Virus record (IMG/VR): IMGVR_UViG_3300042140_000185
Span: 1-44,169 of that record
From: a virus
Taxonomy: Duplodnaviria; Caudoviricetes
Direction: 5' to 3' (one strand)
DNA: 44,169 nt
Shown: positions 35,535-44,169 of the stretch, in pieces
Position numbering within the stretch: position 1 is the first letter of the stretch
Layout of the letters: each line of letters begins with the position of its first letter
Notes under the pieces: model-generated
Told to the model about the DNA's origin: nothing
Database searches by the model: none
The model's input: the letters and a program-made list of their open reading frames with translations, nothing else
Translations under genes and position numbers: made by a program

Positions 35535-36259
35535 TTTATCGCCCCCCACGCGCTCTCAGGCGGGATACGCCCGCCGTTCCAGAACTCCGTCGTGTGCTGC
35601 TGCACCTTGCCGCCTTCGACGCTGCGAGACGGCCAGGTGATCATCAGTTCGGCGTGGCCGACGCTGATCTGCGTCGCGAGGCCCAGTTTGTTGCCGGCCT
35701 TCGCGAACTGCTTCCAGAAGAAGATGTCTTCGTCGGTGTGCCCGCCTGTCCACTCGCCTTGCTCGTTCGCCGACGCCAAGAACCACGGCTTCGGCACCTT
35801 CTTGATCGCCTCGGTGCGGATGAACGTCAGCCCGAAGTGTGCCGTCTCGACGGGCTGGACGACCTTCTTGAAGAAGTCGTCCTCGACCGTCGTCTTCTCC
35901 TCTGGCTTGACGCCCGGCAGGGCGAACATGACCGCGTTCGCCTCGCGTTTCGTCTGGAGCGGCGCGATCGCGTCGTAGCCGCTGTAGAGCAGGAGCGTCA
36001 GGAGCGCCTCGACCGTCTTGCTCGTGAACACCGTGTCGTAGTCGATCGTCAGGATCACGTCGTGCGCGTCGATGACGGTTTCCATGGCCCGCTGGAGGCA
36101 CTGCCCCCAGAAGGCGCCGGTAACCTTGATGGGCGAGATGCCGTGCGGAGCCAGAGCGCTCGTCACGCAGAAGAAGTTGTCGGTGAAGCCCAGCCGCGGG
36201 GTGGACATCACCGCCGCTACCTTGACCTCGGCCTCGCACGATCCGACGCGGACAAGCAT
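35531..36259 (-). CDS. GT-A fold (GT2-like) glycosyltransferase
   Basis: LTIDYDT (DxD), AHFGLTFI, KPWF, DEDIFFW, VGH. Confidence 0.75.
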   Translation of the reverse strand: MLVRVGSCEAEVKVAAVMSTPRLGFTDNFFCVTSALAPHGISPIKVTGAFWGQCLQRAMETVIDAHDVILTIDYDTVFTSKTVEALLTLLLYSGYDAIAPLQTKREANAVMFALPGVKPEEKTTVEDDFFKKVVQPVETAHFGLTFIRTEAIKKVPKPWFLASANEQGEWTGGHTDEDIFFWKQFAKAGNKLGLATQISVGHAELMITWPSRSVEGGKVQQHTTEFWNGGRIPPESAWGAIK

Positions 36260-36341
36260 GAGAAACGCTCCTTGGATAAAGGAGCGGGCGCGCCTCCTTG
36301 CGCCTTTGTGGCCTTCATTGGCCGTCCCGCTATACGGGCGA

Positions 36342-36376
36342 TGCCCGGCGGGGGCATGATTGCTCCCCGCCGGGCA
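36342..36376 (-). terminator. Strong hairpin after the capsid gene (terminator or mRNA stabiliser)
   Basis: TGCCCGGCGGGGGCA...TGCTCCCCGCCGGGCA; no clear U-tract. Confidence 0.5.
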
Positions 36377-36397
36377 CCTTGACTTCACTGACTACGC

Positions 36398-37750
36398 TCA
36401 GGTCGCGGCGGTCTTGAGGGCAATCACCGGGCCGGCTTCGGTGGTCGAGCCGAGAGAGTGGTGATTGATGTCGAACCGCATCGTGCCCTGCATCAGAAGC
36501 TGATCCGTGGTCGCGTAGACCTGATCGTACAGCTTCATCGAGAACTCACGCCGAGCGGCGTAGATGCTGGACAACCCGAGGTTGCCGAAGAGCACCTTCA
36601 CCTCGCTGCCGGCCGCACCGGCGCCCAGCGTGCTGTCCATGACGTGGACGAGACGCACCGGGAAGCCGAGGAACGACTCGCCCGAGGCACCGTTCACGTC
36701 GGACACGCTGCCCGACACGGCGTACTTGAGGCGAGCCATGCTCGCCGCGTAGCCGGCCGGAGAGACGTACCAGGCGGCTCCGCTGCGAGCGTAGATCGGC
36801 AGCTTGCCGATCACGTTCAGGAAGTCGTCCAGGTCGAGCGTCTCAAACGACACGTTACCGCTGGCAGCCGTCACGACCGAGGCCGTGTAGTTGCCGTCGT
36901 CGATCTTCGGCACGACGCCCGTGATTGAGCCGTCGCCGGAGGTGCCAGCACCGTTCCAGCCGACCGTGTCGATCTTCAGGGCCAGGCTGGTGCCGAACTC
37001 CTGCGTCACGGCGTCGGCGATGTTCACATAGGACGCCGAGTCCTCAAGCACTTCGCTCGACAGGCGGGTCGCCACGGCGAGCTTCTTCGCGTTGAGGGTG
37101 ACGGTCGTCCATGCCGGATCGCTCTCGGTGACAGAGCCGCCCTCGGAAACGAAGTAGGCCGTGGTGCCGGTCGTCCGCTTCGGGATGGTCATCACGTCGC
37201 GAGCCAGCGTGACCCGCTCGCACGCCCCCGGCATGGTGCCGTAGGTTTCGACGAGGCGGATGACGCGAGCAGCGAACTCCTGCGGCACGAGGTGGCCGCC
37301 GGCCGAGTTCGTACCCTCATTCAGGGCACGAGCCTCGACGCCGTGATCCTTGCACCACCGGATGTCGTCGGCGTTCTTGAACACCGTCGCCCGAATCCAC
37401 CGGCCGACCTTGTAGGCGTCCTCGACGGCCTGCGGACCCTCGTTGAACGCCCGCAGTTCCGTGTGATGCGGCAGAATGTGCCGAATCTCGGTCTTCGCGG
37501 GGGCGTGGGGCTCGGCCACCGGGGCGGCCTTGGCGGGGGCGGCCGTCTCGACCACGGCCCGCAGTTCGGCCTCCTTGGCGGCGAGCTTGTTCTCGAACTC
37601 CAGGTCAGACTTGACCGTGTCGGCCTCATCCGAGAGGCGACGGAGTTCCGCGGTCTGCTCGTCAGAGCGCTCCGCGACATCGGAGAGTTCGGTCATCCGT
37701 GCGGCGATGGCCGCGGCACGATCCTGAAGACGCTTGAGATTACTAGCCAT
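36398..37750 (-). CDS. Major capsid protein, HK97 fold with delta domain
   Basis: N-terminal coiled coil; AGGHLVP, FVSEG, KKLA...SSEVLEDS, LGFPV, FGNL. Confidence 0.95.
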   Translation of the reverse strand: MASNLKRLQDRAAAIAARMTELSDVAERSDEQTAELRRLSDEADTVKSDLEFENKLAAKEAELRAVVETAAPAKAAPVAEPHAPAKTEIRHILPHHTELRAFNEGPQAVEDAYKVGRWIRATVFKNADDIRWCKDHGVEARALNEGTNSAGGHLVPQEFAARVIRLVETYGTMPGACERVTLARDVMTIPKRTTGTTAYFVSEGGSVTESDPAWTTVTLNAKKLAVATRLSSEVLEDSASYVNIADAVTQEFGTSLALKIDTVGWNGAGTSGDGSITGVVPKIDDGNYTASVVTAASGNVSFETLDLDDFLNVIGKLPIYARSGAAWYVSPAGYAASMARLKYAVSGSVSDVNGASGESFLGFPVRLVHVMDSTLGAGAAGSEVKVLFGNLGLSSIYAARREFSMKLYDQVYATTDQLLMQGTMRFDINHHSLGSTTEAGPVIALKTAAT

Positions 37751-37915
37751 AGTGGCCTGTGCTCCTGAAAGTGAGCCGGCCACTGGGCAAAAAGATGCTC
37801 GACGGCCGGCGGGTGAAAAAAGCCCCGCAAGCACGCCGAGCGACGCAGTCCGCGTCGCCCTCGCACTGTCCCTCGCAACGTCCGTCGCGAGGCGTGTATT
37901 TGCTACTCTTGTATC

Positions 37916-39034
37916 CTAACGCCGCCCGCGACCGCCGTGCAACTCAGTCAGCAGCATGGTCGCCTTCAGCGCCGCGATCTTCCCGGCGAAGTCTGTCGTG
38001 TCCACAGACACGACCGCGTCGATCTGCGGTTCGCTCCGCTCCTCGGCAACAGGAGTCGCGCTGCGGTCAGACTCCGCGTCCATCGCGGCGACCTTCCTGG
38101 CGGCCCAGTTCTTCGCGGGTGTGCCGCCCCACAAGAGCCACGCGACGAAACCGGGCTTCTCTTCGCCGGGCGTGTCCCAGCCAGGCGACTTGCTCGCCGA
38201 CTCGTGTCGCGCGAACCACGCATTCATCTCGCGGACCCAGTCCTCGTTCATTTCCTCGCGACGTGCCAGCCGGTTTGCCCGCGCCACTGTCTCCGGCTTG
38301 AGGCCGTCGCCGCTCTTGCCCTCCTCGTGGAGCCGGAGGCCGCGCTTTGCCGCCGCCGCCATGCCCGATGTGGGCTTCAGGCTCACCGCCCGCTCTTCGT
38401 CCTCGTCATCGACGAAGCCTTCGACTTCAGTATCCACCAGAGGCTCCGCAGTATCCTCGACCACAGGATCAGCCTGTCGCTCATCGGCCGGCTCCTCGAC
38501 GATTGCAGCGGCCATTTCCAGCGCCCGCTTCGAGACGTAGGTTTCAGTCGCTAGATACGCCGGCTGATCGACGGGGCCGGCGTCGCCCAGGAACGAGAAG
38601 GAGCGAATCCGCCTGACCTGCCGGCCCTTGGCGTCACGCTCCCACACCTCATCCTTCGGGCTCGTGCGGAACGCGAAGCTGGAGCCGCGCACGTCGCCCC
38701 GCTGAATAAGCTCAACCACGTCGGCGGCCGAGTGGGGCGGGTCGATCTCGTACCGCAGGCCGCGGTCATCGACCGTGAGCCGCATCGTCCCGCTGGAGGT
38801 GCGGCCGATGACGCGCTCGTGGTTGTACTTGCCGAACACGTCCGGGTTCGACTTCATCACGGCGTCGAACGCACCGCGCTCCACGATCTCGACGAAGCCA
38901 CCCAAGTCCTGCGACTCCGACTCGAAGACGGCGGCGTAGCCGCGAATGACCGTGCGGCCGTTGTCCTCGGTCTTGACCTCAAGGCCGGGGGCTTCGGCGA
39001 ACATCCGCCGCTCTAGTTCGTGCGTTCCGTCCAT
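37916..39034 (-). CDS. HK97-family prohead protease with extra C-terminal domain
   Basis: IRGYAAVF, FGKYNH, RGDVRGSSFAF, PAY. Confidence 0.93.
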   Translation of the reverse strand: MDGTHELERRMFAEAPGLEVKTEDNGRTVIRGYAAVFESESQDLGGFVEIVERGAFDAVMKSNPDVFGKYNHERVIGRTSSGTMRLTVDDRGLRYEIDPPHSAADVVELIQRGDVRGSSFAFRTSPKDEVWERDAKGRQVRRIRSFSFLGDAGPVDQPAYLATETYVSKRALEMAAAIVEEPADERQADPVVEDTAEPLVDTEVEGFVDDEDEERAVSLKPTSGMAAAAKRGLRLHEEGKSGDGLKPETVARANRLARREEMNEDWVREMNAWFARHESASKSPGWDTPGEEKPGFVAWLLWGGTPAKNWAARKVAAMDAESDRSATPVAEERSEPQIDAVVSVDTTDFAGKIAALKATMLLTELHGGRGRR

Positions 39035-40620
39035 GACTGCGTTACCTCCTCGTATGCCTTCCCGCTGCGGAGACACTCCAGCAGCAGATCGCGGGACTTC
39101 ACGCCCCACGCCTCCACGAAATCATTGATATCTCGTCCTGTCGCCTCTGCGGCGTCGCGAAGTTCCGTCCGCATCCGCTGCTCGTGGCCCTCCAGCCAGG
39201 CCGCCAGCTTGGCCGGTTTCTTGCGCCGCTCCAGAATCCCGTCAGCCTCGATGGCCGCGAGGCGTCGAAGCGTCGAAGTCCAGAGCAACTCGGCCGCCTC
39301 TCTCTGCTGCGGCGCGGCCTCGGCGGGGGCCGCCGGCGCCGCGTCTTGGCCGGAATCTTGGCCGGTCAGGTCGGCGACCTCTTGAATCTCAGGAGAATCG
39401 AGCGACGCGGTCGGGCTTTCTGCCGAAAACGCATCGAGCAGTTGCATATTCACTTGGATAAACCGCTTGTCGCCGTTGCCGTCGCCCAGCGGGTTGTAGC
39501 CGATGGCAGCCCGCACCTCATCGACGCTCAGGCAGCCCATGTGGAACATTTCCCGCAGGAACTGGGAGCGGGCGGCATAGTCGCCGGCCATGAGGCTGTT
39601 GATATCAAACTCGACGAAGTAGTTGCGGTCGTCCACGATCAGGTCGCGGCGGAAGCAGCCCTGCCACCGTCGCAGATGCGGCATGAGCGAGAACGTCACG
39701 AAGTCGATGGCGGCCTGCTCGACCGTGCTGTGCCGCACGTCCTTCAACTCGCCGATCAGGTGGGCCGGCACGCGGTAGGCACGCGCCACCTCTAGGCACT
39801 GCCAGCGGCGGGTTTCAATGAGTTGGGCATTGACGTTGTTGGTCTGGAGTTCCTTGACGTGCATTCCGTGCGGCAGCACGGCCGTCTTGAACGCTCGGTC
39901 GGAGCCGCGGTGCATATCCTCCCACGACTGCCGGAGCCTCTGAAGCGTCTCCGGCTTGTGCGGCTCGTCAGTCTCGATGACCGTGCCGGCCCTGGCTCCG
40001 TTGCCAAAGTAAGCGCCAGAATGCAACTCCGTCGCCCGTGCCAAAGCAATCGCATCCCGCGATAACAGCGTCGGGACGTAGCCCGTCACGCCGTCCTGCG
40101 AGAGCCACCGCAGGTGCATGATCTGATCCTGCGTGTACTTGTCTGGGACGACCTTGTCGGGCGGCGTGTATTCGTATCGCAGGCGGCCGTTCTCCAGCCG
40201 CTTGACCTCCATCCTCGACGGGTGGAGCGGGATCAGTTCCGTCACCGCCCCGCGCCGGCCGCTCTTGATGAAGGCATAGGCGTTGCCCCAGAGGAGCAGC
40301 CACGACTGCATGAGTTCGCGAAACTCAAAACTCGTCATCCACGAGTTGGGTTGGTGTGCGACGATCTCTTGGAGCGGCAGTTCGTCGGCGATCTCCTTGC
40401 CGCCGCCGGGGAGCTTCCTGTAGACGTTCAGGGGCAGGCTGGCGACGCTCTCGCTGATCACGCGGACGCAGGCCAGCACGGCCGTGCATTCCAGAGCCGT
40501 TTCCGGCGAGATGTAGACGCCGGCCGTGGTCTTCCGTGTCTCGCGGAACTCCTCGAACACGCGGGAGACGCTGCCGCTCCGCAGTTCGACCATGTCCTCG
40601 GCCACGGCGTCTTCTGCCAC
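39013..40620 (-). CDS. HK97-family portal protein with C-terminal extension
   Basis: AVLACVRVISESVASLPL, PNSWMT, LLWGNAY, ARAYRVP.HLIG. Confidence 0.95.
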   Translation of the reverse strand: MAEDAVAEDMVELRSGSVSRVFEEFRETRKTTAGVYISPETALECTAVLACVRVISESVASLPLNVYRKLPGGGKEIADELPLQEIVAHQPNSWMTSFEFRELMQSWLLLWGNAYAFIKSGRRGAVTELIPLHPSRMEVKRLENGRLRYEYTPPDKVVPDKYTQDQIMHLRWLSQDGVTGYVPTLLSRDAIALARATELHSGAYFGNGARAGTVIETDEPHKPETLQRLRQSWEDMHRGSDRAFKTAVLPHGMHVKELQTNNVNAQLIETRRWQCLEVARAYRVPAHLIGELKDVRHSTVEQAAIDFVTFSLMPHLRRWQGCFRRDLIVDDRNYFVEFDINSLMAGDYAARSQFLREMFHMGCLSVDEVRAAIGYNPLGDGNGDKRFIQVNMQLLDAFSAESPTASLDSPEIQEVADLTGQDSGQDAAPAAPAEAAPQQREAAELLWTSTLRRLAAIEADGILERRKKPAKLAAWLEGHEQRMRTELRDAAEATGRDINDFVEAWGVKSRDLLLECLRSGKAYEEVTQSWTERTN

Positions 40621-40621
40621 G

Positions 40622-42121
40622 CTAGATCACCATGATTTCGGGTTCGATGTCGGGGCCGCGAGGCTCGGCGCTCGCGAGGCCGAGGGCCATGACGAGAGCC
40701 ACGGCAGAGTCGATGCGGGAGGTGCTGTTGGAGTGGGCTTTCGACATCTTCACGTTGCCGGCGTCGTCAACCCGCAGAGTCACGTTGCTCACCTGCCACG
40801 CCAGGGCTGGATTCCCGCCGTGCCGTAGTTTTCCGCCAATTATCAGCGTCTCCAGCAGCTTGGTCGGGGCACTCATCGAGGCGTACCCTTGTCCAAACGG
40901 CTTCACGTCGATGCCCTCGCCGACCAGTTGGGTCGTCAAGTGCGTCGCATTCCATCGGTCAATGGCTACAGAACGGACACTGTTCTTCTCGCAAAACGAG
41001 AGAACGTGGTTTCTGACCGCGTCGTAGTCCGTAATGTCTCCTTCTGTCAGTGTAACAAAACCCTCTTTCGCCCATTGCCGATACGGCACTCGATCGGCCT
41101 TGCTGGCGCGGTCGGCGCCCTCTTCTGGGATGAAGAGATGCGCGTACACGTCATACGTCCCGTCATCGTCAGGCCACACCGCCACGAACGCCGTCGTGTC
41201 CTGCGTACTCGACAAGTCCAGGCCGCAGAAGGCCACGCGATCGCCCGGCGGCCGGAGTTCGCCAGCGTTCGCCTCCCACGCACCATGCCTGAGCCACTTC
41301 GACTCCGAGTTCACCCACTGATTCAGGTGGAGCGTGCGGAAGACGACTTCTTCGGATGGGGACTGCTTCGCCCTCGTTGACATCTGATGGAAATAGTCCG
41401 GCTTCAGCGTTACGCCGTAGTTCGGATTAGACGCCTTCCAGGTGGCTTCAATGAACGGGTCGGCGTCAGGGTCGGCTGCGAATATCAGCGGCAGGAACGT
41501 CTCGTCCTTGAGGACGCCGTCGCGAATCTTCTCGGCCCGCTGCCAGTCCTTGTAGCAGGGGCCGAGTTTGTCGGTGCCGGCCGTCGTGATGTAGATCGTG
41601 AGCGGCTGGCTCCGCGCACCCATGCCCGTTTCGAGGACATCGACGAGTTCCCTGTCGGGGAAGACGTGGTACTCGTCCACCAGCACGCACGACGGGTTGT
41701 AGCCGTGTTTGGTTCCCGCCTCCGAAGATATGCAGATCATCGTGGCGTTGCGTTCCGGCAGCACGATTGAGTTGCGGTATATCTTGCACCGCTTGCTCAG
41801 GGCCGACGATTCGACGAACTGCTTGGCCGCCGTATGGAGCAGGGCCGCCTGGGAGCGGTCGCCGGCCGCGACGATCACCTCGGCACCGATGTCGTCGCAG
41901 CAGAGCATATAGAGCCCGATGGCTGCCGACAGGGCCGACTTGCCGTTCTTGCGGGGCAATGCGAGCAGGCTCGTGCGGTACTGCCGCAGGCCATCGTCCC
42001 TCTTCGTATTGAAGAGCTTGTCGAGGTACTCGTCCTGCCACGGCTCAAGAATGAATGGCTTCCCGGCGAAGTCGCCGCGGCTGTGCTTGAGAAAGCCAAT
42101 GAATTCGCGGATATCAACCAC
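40622..42121 (-). CDS. terL: Terminase large subunit
   Basis: LEPWQ, PRKNGKS, VLVDEYH, ITTAG, GLDLSS..D, IDSAVA. Confidence 0.96.
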   Translation of the reverse strand: MVDIREFIGFLKHSRGDFAGKPFILEPWQDEYLDKLFNTKRDDGLRQYRTSLLALPRKNGKSALSAAIGLYMLCCDDIGAEVIVAAGDRSQAALLHTAAKQFVESSALSKRCKIYRNSIVLPERNATMICISSEAGTKHGYNPSCVLVDEYHVFPDRELVDVLETGMGARSQPLTIYITTAGTDKLGPCYKDWQRAEKIRDGVLKDETFLPLIFAADPDADPFIEATWKASNPNYGVTLKPDYFHQMSTRAKQSPSEEVVFRTLHLNQWVNSESKWLRHGAWEANAGELRPPGDRVAFCGLDLSSTQDTTAFVAVWPDDDGTYDVYAHLFIPEEGADRASKADRVPYRQWAKEGFVTLTEGDITDYDAVRNHVLSFCEKNSVRSVAIDRWNATHLTTQLVGEGIDVKPFGQGYASMSAPTKLLETLIIGGKLRHGGNPALAWQVSNVTLRVDDAGNVKMSKAHSNSTSRIDSAVALVMALGLASAEPRGPDIEPEIMVI

Positions 42122-42593
42122 GACGAGCCAGAAGTTCGTCCATCGGATCGACGACGACCTTCTCGGCGTGATACCCGAGGCGAGTGCGGTCGGCAGGCGT
42201 CAGGCCGAGGACAGTTTCGAGGTGACGGAGTTGTTCGCCACATTCCTTGGCCTGGGTCGCCATCGCGGTCGCCCGAGAGAATCGAATTGCCCCGCTGGCG
42301 TCGAGCACCTCGACGTAGAGGGCATCCACGGCCTGGAGTGCCTTCGCGGCGAACTCCCAGGCGACGTATGTGGTGCAGTACCGCGTGATGACGTGCTCGT
42401 CAGTCTCGGCGAGCGTTCCCATGCGGGTCAGCCAGGCCACGACGTTGACGAAAACCTCCTTGGCCCGAGGCTTTAGCCAGTCCGGCGGCTGCATCGGCTC
42501 GGCCGGCGGCGTCCCAAGTTCCTCGCGGTTCTTTGCGTGCTTCGATCCTGCCAGTTGGAGGATGTGCTTCGCTGTTGGAGGTCGTCCCTTCAT
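42114..42593 (-). CDS. terS: Terminase small subunit (P27-like)
   Basis: MKGRPP...PPDWL...YC...LGLTPADRTRL. Confidence 0.9.
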   Translation of the reverse strand: MKGRPPTAKHILQLAGSKHAKNREELGTPPAEPMQPPDWLKPRAKEVFVNVVAWLTRMGTLAETDEHVITRYCTTYVAWEFAAKALQAVDALYVEVLDASGAIRFSRATAMATQAKECGEQLRHLETVLGLTPADRTRLGYHAEKVVVDPMDELLARRG

Positions 42594-42880
42594 GCCACTC
42601 CAGACTACAGAACCGGACTTGCGGCCCGCAAAGGAGTGGGATTTTCGACCCGGCGAACAGCCGGGGCGAAACGCTCCAATTTCGTCCGCGGTTCCGCCTC
42701 TAGGAACAGGCGGTCTGCCCGACGTTTGCCCCCCAGCGGTGGGGGGCATCCCATTGACGAAAGGCGACGAGCGGCCACCACAGCGGGCCGCTGTGTTTCT
42801 CATTCGCCAAAGTGTCCAACGGCCGGCTGCAAGAATTCCGCGCAAGAATCCGGCCCGACCAGCGTAGAAATAGTGTAGCA

Positions 42881-42908
42881 TTGACACACGGTGGCCCGAT
42901 GCTACTGT
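42881..42908 (+). promoter_or_regulatory. Strong sigma70-like promoter
   Basis: TTGACA-N16-TACTGT with extended -10 TG; AT-rich upstream. Confidence 0.65.
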
Positions 42909-42970
42909 ATATGCGGCCGACCGACCAAACGGCCGCGGTTTTCAAGTAGCCTACAAAAAAGGATATCACG

Positions 42971-43996
42971 ATGAGCTGTGCCCAACTTCCTGCCCGTTTT
43001 AAAAAACCGAGCCCCGCCCGCGATCCGCGCAGGATCGCAGCAGCAGAAAAAACCGAGAAGAAATCGACACTCACAAGAGCCGTCGTCGCAGTCGATCGGA
43101 TGGAAGGGGAATATCCGATTTTTCGAATTGAATTCGAGAATGCCGCGGGCGACGTTTTTCGCGGGTCTTGGGATTCCCGCCGTCCTCTGCTCTCGGCGAA
43201 TTCCAAGCTTCGGAAGGGGCTCGGCAAGTATCGTGCTATCGGCCTTGCCATGGCTCCGTGGAAATTCGCCGGGAAGGGGAACCTATGCGGCGCCGCATCG
43301 GCCGGTTGCATTAACGCATGCAACGGGCTCTGGAGCGGAATGAATGTAACACCATCGACCCGGTTCGCGCTCATCGGTCGCGCCCGTTTGTGGCTAGAAT
43401 TCCGGGTGCTTTTCCTGCACAAGCTTAGGAAGGAATTGACCAATTTCCAGAAGCTTTGCATCCGGACCGGCCGCATTCCGGCCGTTCGATTGAATGTCTC
43501 GACCGATATTCCTTGGGAGCGCGTAGCACCGGAATTGTTCGCGGATTTCCGGCGCATTCGATTCTACGACTACACAGCCTATTCCGCCGACAACCGCGTG
43601 GCGCTCTCGGTCAATTACCAGCTATGCCACTCGTGGAAAGAGACGACGACGTTTGACTATGTGGAATCCGTCATCCGTGCCGGCCGGAATATCGTCGTAC
43701 CGTTTGACTCGGCCTACGCTCCTGCCCGCGGCCTATTCGGCGCGCTCCCCGAAACGGTCGTTTTCCGTTGTCGGAAAACCGGGCGGGAAATCGTCGTCGC
43801 GGTCGTGAATGGCGACAAGCACGATTTTCGCATGCGTCAAACTGACGGCTCCGGCGTTTGTGTCGGCCTACATGGAAAATCGGGCCGCGGGAAAGTAACG
43901 GCCGCGGTTGAATCGGGCTTCATGCGGCATCATGCCGAGGGGGCGAAGCTTCGCCGGAAAACTATCCATGTCGGGGTTGTGCACATCGAATGCTAA
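42971..43996 (+). CDS. GP88-family protein (Cys-triad, possibly Fe-S)
   Basis: NSKLRK, CGAASAGCINAC, VRLNVSTDIPWE, FYDYT, NGDKHDFR. Confidence 0.7.
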   Translation: MSCAQLPARFKKPSPARDPRRIAAAEKTEKKSTLTRAVVAVDRMEGEYPIFRIEFENAAGDVFRGSWDSRRPLLSANSKLRKGLGKYRAIGLAMAPWKFAGKGNLCGAASAGCINACNGLWSGMNVTPSTRFALIGRARLWLEFRVLFLHKLRKELTNFQKLCIRTGRIPAVRLNVSTDIPWERVAPELFADFRRIRFYDYTAYSADNRVALSVNYQLCHSWKETTTFDYVESVIRAGRNIVVPFDSAYAPARGLFGALPETVVFRCRKTGREIVVAVVNGDKHDFRMRQTDGSGVCVGLHGKSGRGKVTAAVESGFMRHHAEGAKLRRKTIHVGVVHIEC

Positions 43997-44042
43997 TCGC
44001 ACGACCGCCGGCCGCGTCGGGGGCACCGAGCATGATCAACCG

Positions 44043-44169
44043 CGCCAAGGCGAGATCACCGGCGGTGCCGATCGCCTGCTGGCAGGCGGTGCCGATCTCG
44101 AGCACGGCTCGTCATCATCGCCAAGGCGAGATCACCGGCGGTGCCGATCGCCTGCTGGCAGGCGGTGCC
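44043..44169. repeat. Direct repeat of at least 51 bp, period 76, truncated by window end
   Basis: 44043-44093 is identical to 44119-44169; internal GGCGGTGCC occurs four times. Confidence 0.9.

Noticed and set aside
35108-36382. 424-aa + strand ORF
   Set aside because: Antisense of the glycosyltransferase and connector genes
42594-42887. N-terminal extension of TerS in the ORF track
   Set aside because: The family-typical start is MKGRPP at 42593, preceded by GGAG
44043-44169. CRISPR array
   Set aside because: Only two copies, unit of 51 bp or more with internal subrepeats, no cas genes

Overview
Most of a GC-rich, probably temperate HK97/lambda-like siphophage genome, with no host genes visible. 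Nearly all genes are on the - strand. From right to left: a divergent GP88-like gene; terminase small and large subunits, portal, prohead protease, HK97 capsid and a glycosyltransferase; neck genes, two tail-tube-like paralogues, a frameshifted tail chaperone and tape measure; Cys-rich and Ig/LamG tail proteins; two paralogous fibre modules flanking a peptidase/phosphoesterase/dNMP-kinase block; a tyrosine integrase; a replication block (SNF2, SSB-like, DUF3223-HNH, Prim-Pol, UvrD); a csrA gene missed by the ORF track; and small accessory genes. The most striking signal is at the left end: three 88-90 bp integron attC-like sites with conserved extrahelical bases and co-varying stems. They delimit one-gene cassettes whose ORFs run antisense to the canonical cassette orientation, and two of those genes have their RBS and start codon inside the attC. 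A second signal is the phage csrA together with GGA-hexaloop hairpins over several phage RBSs. A Planctomycetota-like host is inferred, not shown. Family assignments come from motif recognition only, with no searches run; many starts were moved downstream of the ORF track using RBS and overlap evidence.
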